DNA from: Macrostomum lignano
Lineage: Eukaryota
Reading direction: 5' to 3'
Assembly (NCBI GenBank): GCA_002269645.1
Contig: NIVC01002856.1
Location: 71,013-135,012 of the forward strand
DNA length: 64,000 nucleotides
Made by a program: the position numbers and the translations under genes. The notes beneath the pieces were generated by a model. It was given only the letters and a program-made list of their open reading frames with translations, did not search any database and was not told the DNA's origin. Positions 48,601 through 59,800 of this stretch are shown here, one piece after another (position 1 is the stretch's first letter; every line of letters begins with the position of its first letter).

Positions 48601-51600
48601 TTGGGCTGCTCGCACCATGGGCAGGGATGCGTGCTGCTACAGGCCTGTAGCCCTAGGATCAAATTCGCCAACTTCATGTCTACGGCACAGATAAATGTTA
48701 CAGCTTCAAGTCGCAAAAGTGCAAGAACTTTCTTCAGGTTGTAATAGCTTTCGCAAACATTTTCAACTATGGCTAGCAAGATGAGCTTCTTAACTCCGCT
48801 GGCTTGTGGCTCAGAAGATGCTGCACGTTTCTCTACCTGTGCTTCTGGAAGAGAAACATCAATGATGTTTGCGCAGACTTTTAAAAAACCTCCGCCTCCA
48901 TCGATTCCGATCTTTACTACAGACTCAGCGGGATTGATCTGGCGGTTCTCCATTATTCGAGACAGCAGCAGACCAACATCTGGGCAGTACGCAACGGTGC
49001 GCAGCTCTTGTTGGTCTCCCTTAATTTGCAGCGGAAGCTGTGCAACTTGGAAAAACTCTTGAAGAATGATGTCAATCTCTCGAAGTTTTTGCTCAAGATT
49101 TGGCTCAAATGCATTGCGCCCTTGCCATTCGCGTATCTTCTGCGCTGCCTGCTTAGTTTGCCGCTGGCTTAGCCTTAGATCCCGCTGAAATTGGCTGAAC
49201 TGCTCTGCAGAAATGGTATCCGCTTCCCTACTATTCAAAGATTGACGTTTCTGCTGCCCAAAACTTACTGTTAAAGATCTTCCACGAGTTGCCAGCTGGA
49301 CATTCCTGCTTTCAAAGGGTCCGCTAGAAGCTTCAACCGTCTTCAGTATGTCTGAAGCCTGGATCTCAGCCCCACGCTTGTCCATTAAGAGCTGCTCAGA
49401 CAGATTGGCACGCCTTTGTGTAATCGTGCAAGCGTGGCTCTTTCCTCTGCTAATTTTAGAATGGCAGCGTCCGCAAATGGTGACCGGATTGGCAGACGGC
49501 AGTGGGTCCAAACTATCAATCGGCGGGCGCCCGATGGGATGCGGTCGATGCTTAGCCGTTCCTAATCCTTGACCAATAGGATTTTCGCGTGCAATCACAC
49601 AGATTTTGCACTCACATCGAGGACTTTGTCGCGTTAGTGGTGCTAGCAAGACTGACTTCATATTTAAAGCTGCTGGTAGACAATCTCGGGTCTTAATTCC
49701 AACGTCCACATCGTGCAATAAATGTCGGCACCTTGAGCAGATGGCAGTAGGTAGACGAGCATCTTCAAGATCAGCTTCAAACTGCAGCAGACGACAGATG
49801 CGATCAGAGATTTTCTCAGTGATTGGAGAACATGAGCTACCTTTTTTGAAGCACAGTAGGCAAACTTTGAGCCTGTTTTCATCGTGAGACTTGTGGCTAG
49901 CCATTTTGGTGGGTTGATTTATCCATGAACCAAAAACGTATATATATATATATATACACAATATTACTTACGCGACTCACCTGGAGTACACTTCACTTGG
50001 CTACTCAACAAATTGAAATTCTGATGCAATAAATACACTAGCAGTAGGAAGAGTTGAAATAAGAAGTAGAAAATGTACATCTGTACGTGGATTATGGGTC
50101 CAATTGATTTTAATTTGTCTACGAGCGTATTCTGTTGTATCAGTCATTGTACTCAATCAGTCAAATAACAAATTTTCCTTTAAACTGATTGTATACATTG
50201 ATCAAATTATGGTTATGACTCAGCTCCAAGCTATATATTGCCAAATGCATGCAAAATTATAATGTTCAGCATTTGTGACCCTCAAGCCAACTTTTATATT
50301 GCGCAATTCCCCTAAATTCACGAATTTACATTTGAAAATATTATCACGTATCCAAAGAGTCAAGAAATTGAGCACAACATTTTTAATTTCCAGATTTTTG
50401 ACAACTAAAAGCAGACTGTTGCAGAAAAAGCAGAAAAGGCCAATTTTCTGGAAACAAATTGGCAGATTTTTTTAATATTACACCCTGGTATAAGGGCCAG
50501 TCCACTGAGTGCAAAAATGCAAAAATTTTCTTCTGTACATTTTTTCACCCTCGGTGCCCTTCTAGAGCAGTGTGACCAGTGCATCATGCTGCTCTCCATC
50601 AACGGCTGCGACATCCTGTCGTCACTGTCCCAGTCGCAGTACGAGCGCTGCATTGCCACCATAGAGAAGTGCATTCTAGCTACAGATTTACAGAAGCACA
50701 TGGCCGCCAGGTGAAATTGTTGATGCAAACTTTGTCAACGAGTATCAGAACCAGTGATTCTAAATCAATTTTGATAAACATTGCAGAATTGTGAATTTTT
50801 GCAATTCCGTTCTGTTGCAGGAAAGTTCTACAGCAGCTCGTCACCGACAGAGCATTCAACTGGTCGGAGACGGCCCACCAGGACCTGCTGCTGGGACTGT
50901 TGATGACCGCAGCGGATCTCAGCGCCATCACGAAGCCCTGGTCGGTGCAAAAAAAGGTCGCCTTTCTGGTGGCCAGCGAGTTCTACGAGCAGGGCGACAG
51001 GGAGAAGCAGGAGCTGCACCTGCAGCCTGATGTAAGTTTTGGATTGAAGCTTTGGGCTGGAGCCGAGGTCAGAGTGGCTCAGCGGCAAACGCGTCTGAAC
51101 TTCGAATCACGAACAGTTGAAAATTCAATTCTTACTGGTTCTAGATGTTTAAAAGTTACACTTTTAACATCCTATATACTAAATTTCAACACTAGTAAGA
51201 AATGAGGTAGCTGGATTTGATGGCCAAACTTCATCTTGAAATGAATGAATTATGAATGAAAGAGGAGCAAAGTACAGCACCCGTATCAAATATCCCGGGT
51301 TTGATTCCAACATTTGTGGGACTTCTGCATTCTCCGCTGATGAGGGCCAGAATACAACATCTGCGTGACAATTAGAGAGTCGGGGGGATATGTTTACGTG
51401 CTGTGTGACTGCTCGGGTGTAACCAGCGAACTTCATTTCTGTTGGGTCCTGAAAGTCCTGATCGAAAAGCTGGGCAGCAATCTCTCAACTTGTGCCTTTT
51501 CAGGATCAGAAGGATCGCGCCAAGCAGCAGAAGCTGCCAAAGATGCAGGTGGATTTCATCGATTTTGTCTGCCTGCCCGTCTACACTGTGAGTCAGTCAT

Positions 51601-52417
51601 CAGTAGTTTGAATCGGGCATACCGAATGGGATAAACTCCGGTCGGTCAGCGGGTGCGGCAACTCTGGCCCACAGGTCACGTACGGCTTCAATAGCAATCT
51701 GGTTCACTCAAGATTGGTGTCTTATCTCAACTCTCTTTTCTCTCTAATTTCCTCTCCCCTCTCCTCTTCTTTCTCTCCACTCTCCACCCCTCTTCTCTTC
51801 TCCTCTTCTCTCCTCTGTGTGGTCCGCAGTCACGCGCTAGATTCCAAATCTGTCCCTCGCTAGATTCCAAATCTGTCCCTCGCTAGATTCCAAATCTGTC
51901 CCTCGCTAGATTCCAAATCTGTCCCTCGCTAGATTCCAAATCTGTCCCTCGCTAGATTCCAAATCTGTCCCTCGCTAGATTCCAAATCTGTCCCTTAAGT
52001 TAAAAAGTTTGCCGACTCCTGAACTGAACTCAAAATTGATGCTATAGTTGATCAACAGTTAAAAGAGTGATTATGACAATCAAGGCTGACTGAAAATGCA
52101 TACAAAACACATAAGGGATTCTTGGAATTCTTTTTTCTGTAGATTACGGATACGAGGTAGAAACTCCTGTATATGTACCTGGTTACATTAATTCCGACAT
52201 CTCTGCTGCGGCGTACAGATTGCAATCGTTGAATACATCTAGAGTACATCTAGTAGAAAAAAATTATTCGAACTATACGCTACTACAAGTAGATTGCCGG
52301 CTCATATTATTTCAATTGCAATTTCAGCTGCTGTGCGAAATCTGCAGCGAACTGCACGAACTGCGCAACGGCTGCCTGAGCAATCGAGCCCAGTGGGAGT
52401 CGCTGACCGGGCAGTGA
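39623..52417 (+). CDS. GAF-GAF cyclic nucleotide phosphodiesterase (PDE5/PDE6/PDE11 group), 13 exons, ~918 aa once the transposon is removed; disrupted in this sequence
   Basis: Exons 39623-40555, 42487-42642, 42716-42805, 43298-43441, 43635-43750, 43845-43893, 43987-44028, 44401-44744, 45202-45394, 46930-47102 joined to 50579-50710, 50821-51031, 51504-51587, 52328-52417 sum to 2757 nt. Motifs ESWLESHPEF..YF.RKATRR.V.TW, two GAF domains with NK motifs, YHNWRHA, CHDLDHRG, ATDL, AADLS, MQVDFID. Confidence 0.92.
45738..45865 (+). mobile_element. Partial copy of dispersed repeat family A
   Basis: GTGCTCAGGTGTCAGCGGAAT...GCTGGTTGTGAGATGATGTCACCGAAGG..TTGCGCCAGGGTGC matches the other copies. Confidence 0.7.
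47103..47333. repeat. Left terminal inverted repeat (231 bp)
   Basis: Reverse complement of 50345-50574, with about 5 substitutions and one homopolymer indel. Confidence 0.97.
47781..49904 (-). CDS. DDE transposase (707 aa) with N-terminal zinc fingers and a RAG1-core-like catalytic region
   Basis: H-x7-C-x2-C...P-x3-C-x2-C; KIGIDGGGGFLK; VDMKL..L.GLQ..SSTHPCPWC; PPMELHLMLG; GGTFNGN; SPKVHALLAHVPEF; GLGFWSEQASESVH. Confidence 0.92.
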   Translation of the reverse strand: MASHKSHDENRLKVCLLCFKKGSSCSPITEKISDRICRLLQFEADLEDARLPTAICSRCRHLLHDVDVGIKTRDCLPAALNMKSVLLAPLTRQSPRCECKICVIARENPIGQGLGTAKHRPHPIGRPPIDSLDPLPSANPVTICGRCHSKISRGKSHACTITQRRANLSEQLLMDKRGAEIQASDILKTVEASSGPFESRNVQLATRGRSLTVSFGQQKRQSLNSREADTISAEQFSQFQRDLRLSQRQTKQAAQKIREWQGRNAFEPNLEQKLREIDIILQEFFQVAQLPLQIKGDQQELRTVAYCPDVGLLLSRIMENRQINPAESVVKIGIDGGGGFLKVCANIIDVSLPEAQVEKRAASSEPQASGVKKLILLAIVENVCESYYNLKKVLALLRLEAVTFICAVDMKLANLILGLQACSSTHPCPWCEQPKSKFVQQNSGANSRTLGRIRQLATEFQQANDQKSRCQSISAACFKNCVHQPLLDADDSVPVLQLIPPMELHLMLGIVNRLYDELDSRLTTDTGGVVTAAAWTRQLNICRSKQHGGTFNGNECSKLLEGVDILEQILTDHCAFSSMPVLHSMRCFSNVKRLCFGNELLPGFEQAISEFSSAFMSLDINISPKVHALLAHVPEFLQAEIEHQNRHMENGKQPRYRGLGFWSEQASESVHSDFGQLWTRGFRTALTHPEYPQRLLRCTIIYNSRHM
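50345..50574. repeat. Right terminal inverted repeat (230 bp)
   Basis: See left TIR. Confidence 0.97.
51835..51995. repeat. 23-bp perfect tandem repeat, 7 copies (CGCTAGATTCCAAATCTGTCCCT), in the last PDE intron
   Basis: Direct inspection. Confidence 0.97.
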
Positions 52418-53807
52418 TTCGACATCGAAAAACGTTTTTGTGCTGAATATAGCTAACAGTCTCAGGAGCTGTGACACCGGAATGGAACCTTTAAACCCCT
52501 ACTTTAATAAAATAGCGCTTAACTAATTATATAAAGCGATAAAAATTGTTAAAATGCACTCGTGAGATCGGGAAAAAATTTAATACACAAATCTGGTAAC
52601 CTTGTACCAGAAATTTGTGTCGTATTTTCTTGACCACAGTTCAAGTTGCGAGAATCAAATAATTGTGCCGTCAGCGACTTCTTTTTTTATTTTGTTATAA
52701 ATTCGCTTTGATTCTTTTGAGTTTGTTCACATAATTTTGGCTTTTGACACTTAATTACTCCTTATAATTAAATAAAAATGTTAGCTAAGAAATTTTTTTA
52801 GATAATTTGTAAATATTATCTAATATTTAAATGTTTTAGTTACCTACCATATCTTTACAAACATTATCTGAACTCCCCAAATTCAAAACTAATATGCAAT
52901 AAACTATTTTCTCGTATATAAACTCTCAGACTTTCGTCACTATATTATTTTACTATAACTAGCTCGTATCACGAAAATTATTGAAATTCTATTTTTCAAA
53001 TGCTTGTCTGCATAACTTAATGAAAGAATTTATAAGTTTTCGATTATTTGCTTACTACCTTTCCAGCTTTTGACTTCAAAATTACTTTATTAATTAAAAG
53101 TACGATCGTAATTATGGAGGAGAAAATATCCGAAGGTAGAGAAGGTAAATTTAATGTAGTGCTAGTACGAGCAGTAAAAGTACATTAATCCATCTACCTA
53201 AATAAATTTCTATGCACACATAATGTACTTATTTCATAATGAAATAAGGATGTTTAAGGATATTTCAATACTTACACATTATCGATGGTTAATCCTCAAC
53301 AACTGGGTCAGTTTCAAAATAACAAATCTATTTTAATGCTGAGGCAATTCCTGATAAAATCATTTAGACATCCCAAGAGAATGTAGTCTCGCAAAATTTC
53401 AGTCTTTATTCTTAGCTACTCACAGCGAAACTGATTTTTTATGCGTGAATCGACGGCGTCTTCCAAGTTGGTGTATTTCTTCAATAGCGGCATTTATGGA
53501 CGCCTCGAGCATTCACAGCAAAACGAAAATGCCTAGCAAAAGTTAAGAGCATTAAAACAAAAAGTTTGAAGCGTCATCCGCGCGTGCTTTGTTCGTCGGA
53601 AATGGTAGTCGGTATAAGGAACGCATGAACCCTGTGTAAAACTCTGCGCTTATTGAAACGATTCCCTAGACCTGAGAAACCGGGGTTGCTTGCACAAATC
53701 AGGCGCTGCTAACTCAGAAGTGCTAGGGACCTAGCGTGCTGCTTTGCGTCATCTATTGGGACGGCAGTTTTATTTTAGTTTTATCCGGGATGACTGCGAC
53801 AGCTCCA

Positions 53808-56800
53808 TCAGGTTGACCTTGGCTGCGCGTCCTCCTTCTTGAACATGTCCATGAGCTCGTCAACCATGGAGGCCACCTTCTGCGGATTGGCCTCGCTGAT
53901 GGGGATTCCCTTAACCAGCTGGCGTTTCACCCGCGGTTGTACGCGGCTCTTCGGCTCAGTGACAACGATGTCTTCGTAGGGGTCGAATTGCGGGTTGAAG
54001 AAGCCCTTCACGTTCGAGTACCTGGCGGTGGAGATTTAGTCATCGCATAAGTTCAAAAGCAGTCACTCGGTCAAACATTCAAATACGCGCATAGCGGAGA
54101 GACTATTCAGAAAAGACCAGCTCAATGCAATCCAAAATATTTATAGTTTCCTATCTGATATAGATTGACTTGAAGATCTTTTTGCGGATTTCATACCATA
54201 AAGTTCTATCACTGCTTCGTCTGAAAGGACCTGTTTTTTAAATGCCCGAAACTATGAAAAGAGGGAATCTTTGTTCTCTAATCTCCTCTTTTTTGTTGAT
54301 ATCATGATTGCTTTCTCTTCCTGGGTGCTATCTGTTTGCATTTCTTCGTTCTTTGAGGTGCTATTTTGTCTTTTTTCCCGTTTTACTGTGCGTCAAATGT
54401 TAGCCTTTCAAAACTTCTCTATGAATTTTTACGCATTACGCATACCCTTTCGCATACTCTTAATTATATACAAATGTTAAAACGAATTATTTACCAGTTA
54501 AAACAAATATTTAAAATGCTAATTGTAATACGGTTATATGTGCTTTGGTATATTGACATAAAATACGGTTATTTATCGTTATCCTTATTCGCGATCATTT
54601 TAAAACTAGTGTACACCTTTTTTTCGATTTTTTCGTTCCAACTTCATTCGTACCTTATCTCGCAATTTCGAAATCAAAGCAATACCTCGTAATTCGTACT
54701 CATTTTTGTACTCATATTTATATTCATCCATACTCATATTCATAGTCATATTATAATTCCCTCATTTAAATACTTTAAATTTGTCGTTTCGTTGTTGGTT
54801 GTCACTTTTCGTCCAAAAATTCCGTAAAAAATTCTGGTGCGCTTTCAAATACTTTATATTTTACAATAACGTCGAATCGTCTTTATAAACTTCTATTTCG
54901 AAAAATTTTCCAAATACATTGCCGTATAATATATTGGCCAAACAGGCTAATTAACTGAGCCAAATTCTTACTACTACTACTACTACTACTACTATTTGTT
55001 TTAAGTGCTCAGGGTGACCCATCTAACAGAAAAACTCACTTGTCCTTAAGCGTCCGGTGCACATTCAGTCGAGTCTTGACCTCCTCGAAGATATTGTCAG
55101 TTCGGCCGACCAGAGACCGCCAGCCGGGCACAATCTTATCCACGTTCTTGGCGCTGATTCGGTCCTTGCCTAGCAGATCCTCCGGATCGTTACCAGCAGA
55201 TATGGCGTCCTGCGTGAGCTTGTCTTTAAACTCGCTGAACGAGACTACGGCAATGTTGGACTTGTGATCGGGCGTCGACTGCTGGGACATGTCCGATTTG
55301 GCTTTGGCACGCTTACCGGACTGCCCAGAGCCGGTGCCACCGCCGCTGCCGCCGCCGGTTGCGGACTTCTCCGACAGGGTCTGGCTGGCCATACCCACAT
55401 CGCTGCCGGCCTGGCCAAGCATCTGGAAACGCTGGTTGAGCTCGTCGCGTCTGTCCTTCACAAAGTCGAACTTGATCGGGCCTGTTTGCCGGTTGATCGG
55501 TGTAATTAATTTTAGTACGCCGCTTATTAAAAGACTATATTTTTGACGAAAAAAGATAAAATCTATATAAAAATTCTAATTAGGCTGCAAAAACAAAGCA
55601 ATCTCCCCTAAAAAATAGCCAACAGAAGAACTTATAAGAAGTTTCACCAGGCCGATGCACAAGAAGTTGCAAGCATATTTTCAATTCAGTGGCGGCCTCA
55701 ACTGATACCGCACTGTTAGTTAGTCTGTGGCTTTTTCTATAATCAGGGACTTTTAGACACAGAAAATGGACTGGAAGCTTTTTGCTCATGTGAGCAACAT
55801 ATCCGAATTTCATATAAAGTTTATTTATATAACAAAGGCCGCTAATTCTACGTTGTACTACCTGCGCATGAAGTCTGATGCATGAAGTTGTTAACTTTGT
55901 TAAGATAATATTGGTAATTATTGTTCTTTTTAAGCTCAGCTAAGATAATGTTTAAGCTATTTAAGCTATTCTTAGAATTGTTCCGTAAAGTGCGACAAAT
56001 TAATAATAAATAATTGATTTCACCTGCCCCAACGGGCTGATGTGCAATCGACAGCTCAGCTGCAGCTATTACGCGGCGTCTCTGAAGGCTGGGTACGGCT
56101 GTTCAGTCCAAGGACTGGGGGATCGCCACACACACACACAACAAAACAGATTTGATTCTAATCAAGTTTGGACACCATTCCCTAAATCTCATTTCTGTGA
56201 GTTACCAGAGTGGGTAGAATAAAAAACTAAATCTGCAAATTTGCATTCGGATGAAATCGGTTTGAATCAGAACATCCTGAGAAATTTCAGCTGAAGGTTA
56301 TTACTTTGGGTTACACATCGAAATGGCCGTAGAGTACGCAAACACTATTCAGAATGGAAAATGGTAAAACCAACGATGCGCCCTCACCGATGTAGACCTT
56401 GTTCACGTTGACTCGCTCGGCAAGCTCTCTGCCGGGCACCAGAGAGCGCGGATATGGCGATATCGGATTCCGTTTTAGGTGCTCCTTCTCGAAGCAGTAC
56501 TCCATGTAGATGTTGTCCTCGTTGATGAATCGGATGTTGCGTATGAGAATCTCAGCTCGCACCTTCTTCTTGGTCTTCTTACCCTTGGAGCTGGCGTCCT
56601 CCTTGCCTGGTTGAAACAGAAAGCGACAGAGCAGTTGGAGATTTGTACTTTAGAAGCAGAATTTTGAGCAGGAAGTGAATTAGCAAAAATTACGCAGCAG
56701 GCCTCAGCTTACGAGTCAAAGCGCGATTCTCCGTAATGGAGGTTGTAGGAAGCAACACCTGGGGGTAAGGCACGCCGAGCTGCTTATTACCAAAAATCCA

Positions 56801-59800
56801 CTCTCGTCTCCGGTTCATAATGAGCTTCATCTTCTTCAGCTTGAATTTGGCTTTCATTTCTCGGTCGGCCAGGATGAAGTGAGACGAATCCAGGATCTCC
56901 TCCTCCTCGGAGGCGTCCTCCTAAGTAAGGATTTTTTAGATAACCACTTATATCAACACGAATTTAAAACGGACTTTAGAACTGATTAACTCTTGACCCT
57001 ATTTACGAATACTAAAGCGATGCTCTGTTACATTGATTTACCTGTCCTTCATAGCTTGCCTTCAACCTGCAATGTTTATTTACGTTCAATGCAGGTCGGT
57101 CGGAGGATAGATTACATGTATCTCCAAGTCCCGCACAAAAAGTTCATAGACTGGATTCCCCGTCTGGAGGATCTGTTTTATTAGAGGCAGGGGCTGTGAG
57201 CACCCTGGCACAAATTATTAGACATTGTCCCACAACCGGATAGAGGCATTACTGCCTATTCCACCGACACCCCTGAGCAGGCACACAAGCGCGCGGATAC
57301 GTGCACAGTCATACGCACAGGCGCACACTCACACAGGAGTGTTCAGCGGCCCTAAATATGTTTATCTTAAGGCATGTACACTTCACTGTGACTTCGAAGT
57401 TGGCGCTCAAGGCCGTTAATTGCACGAGCAGAGCCAAGCCGAGATTCCAATTAAGCAACAAGTTAAGGTGACTGCACTTGTAATCGAGCCTGAGCCGCGC
57501 TGGCACATCAGAGCCGCCGCGCAAGACCACTGGGCTACGCCCCTGCGTCTGAAGGATTCTGTGATTCACAACTATGAGAGCCAACCCCTCAGGCACAGGC
57601 TGTGTGCAGGCCTGACGATCAGAAAGCTACTAATTGGAGGTCAAGCTTGTGTTCGCAACATTCCATAAAATCGGTCTTCCAGCACAGCCTTTTCTTTCAG
57701 CATAAAAACCTATGAAAGCGGCTAAAAAAACCAATCACCTGCTGCTCTTCCGAATCGTCTTCGCCACCTTCGGCACCTTTGTCGTAGTACAGCGGATGGC
57801 TGGGATAGTCCGGGCCGCACACGTTGCTTGGCGGGTAGCCCATGTTGCTGCGCATTTTAAACGACAGCGGCGGCTCGCGCAGGCCGAACTGGCTGCGGAA
57901 CTGAAATCGATCGTGCGGCCCGAGCGGATGATAGGCGTACACGTAGCTTTGCACGTTCTGCACTGGGCCATTGTTTGGCAGCAGGTTGCCAGCCGCGAAC
58001 ATCTTGTTGTTGGCTTTCCAGGCTGTGCTCAGAGCCGTACGAGACTCGGTAGCGCCGTAGGGCGTCTCGCAGGGCAAATCGCCGAAGCTGGTGGCGCACT
58101 TACCGGTGCGCTGGTAAGGAAAGTACAAATCAACGTTGTCCACCACGCTCTCGTTTGTGTAGATGCCGAATTTGTAGCTGTTTGGAATGGTACAAGTAGA
58201 TTAGACTCTGTTATTACGTGTAGGGTAAAGAACTACTACTTTACTTTCTCCGACCAGTGCATAAAAATAAGAACGAAACAGAGCCCGAAATTCATAGCCC
58301 TGTTATTTTCTACCTCAACAATTTTCCACTTCGTTAGCAGAAGCCAAAAATTGCCAATGCAGTCCCAGTTTTCCCATATTTTTGCTTGGGTCCATCTCGA
58401 TCCTGTCTGTGTGAAAAACCCGTAGTTTGTTAATGAGAGGAGAGGAGAGAAAGAAGAAAGAGTATAAATGAGAGATGAGAGAGTAGAGAGGAAAGAGAGA
58501 GAATAGAGCAGATAAAAGAAGAGAGAGAGAGAAGAGAGTAGAATGAAGAGAGGAGATAAGAGAGGAGAGAGAGAGATCAGATCAGAGTGGAGAGAAAAGG
58601 AGAGGAGAGGAGAGAATTTTCAAAGGACTCAAATCTTAATTTAACACGAATTTACTCCAGGTTTGCTTACTTCTACCCGAAGTAATAATAACTAATAACT
58701 TTTTGTTTGAGTATGACTTCGGATTTAAGAATGTATGCATAATAGTTCCGGGATTGGAATTCATCGGGTTCAAAATCCGCGGGTTTCAACAGCTTGTCTA
58801 AATATAAATAAATGCATAACTAATGTTGTTTGCCAGGGCAATAGCTATCATTTCAATGTTGTTATTGTCTACGAGTGAGTAGACGTGGCAATTGTTTCTA
58901 CAAATTTTGCGATGACTTTAAGGCAGTATTCATAACGATTTCTTAAAGTTATGTCGGGATAGATGTATGACGTAAAGATGAGATTCAAGACTGAAACCGA
59001 GCGTTCGTCTCTTCGACGCTTTGGCAGTGTCAATAGCTGCTACATTAAAAGGACATTAACATAGCTCATGTTTGTCTATTGAACTTTTATTATCTGTGGA
59101 CCGGCCGTTGGCAGTAGCAGCATGGTGCCGGTGGAGAGAATTGATTCTCTAAAAAGGCAAGAGCAAGAAGAGAGACAATAAAGTACAGCAGCAAGGCCGA
59201 GAAACCTCTTTATAAGTGGCTCTTTGTGTTCGTCATTTGAGACTAGACGGTAGCTATCAGCCGCCTTAATTAATGACATCTTCAGTCAATAAAGATAACG
59301 CGGATCGCAGATAGCATTTACCGCAATTTCTTCGCATCTGTTTCCAGCGTTAGGGATAATTGCTTAGCGTGCATGACTCCGTCGCTCGGAAACAGTGCAT
59401 GCACGAGCGTAGAAAGCATTGTACAGAAAAGTTAGCTTCTTAAGATTAAGATGCTTAAAGCAAACAAGCATCAGCCCTAAAACCGAGTTAACTGGCCAAA
59501 GATATCAGCATCCCCTGTGAGCTTTGACATCAAAACCTCCCATTGACTCTCGACATCTCAGAATCTCCCCTAAAGCCATGGCCTAACCCTAACTCTCCCG
59601 ACTGATGCTTGGCCAGCAACTCCCACTTGAAGCTTGGTATATCAGCATTAGGGATAATTATAACGCGCATCCTGCTTATTCTGTTATAGCACATTCCTCA
59701 GTATGCTACATGCTAGTTAAAGGATACATCAACCAAAATGCCTACAGTTCTATATTTGACCTAAACTGTTATTGCCTACTTCGAATGTTTATTCCCATCG

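Larger units (their letters stand above)
47103..50574 (-). mobile_element. Full-length autonomous DNA transposon, Chapaev-type (RAG1/Transib-related), 3472 bp
   Basis: CACACTG...CAGTGTG termini, ~230-bp TIRs, 4-bp TSD ACCA (47099-47102 and 50575-50578), single intact transposase ORF. Confidence 0.93.

Noticed and set aside
47333-50345. RAG2-like partner gene inside the transposon
   Set aside because: Only ~450 bp on each side of the transposase remains. Other ORFs in the element are short overlapping or antisense frames with no kelch or PHD pattern.
51060-51135. tRNA-like sequence in a PDE intron
   Set aside because: Only an A-box-like GTGGCTCAGCGG is convincing; the B box and stems are degenerate. 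At most an old SINE head.
57712-58425. 237-aa plus-strand ORF and other long antisense ORFs over real exons
   Set aside because: Shadow ORFs caused by GC-rich codon usage on the coding strand.
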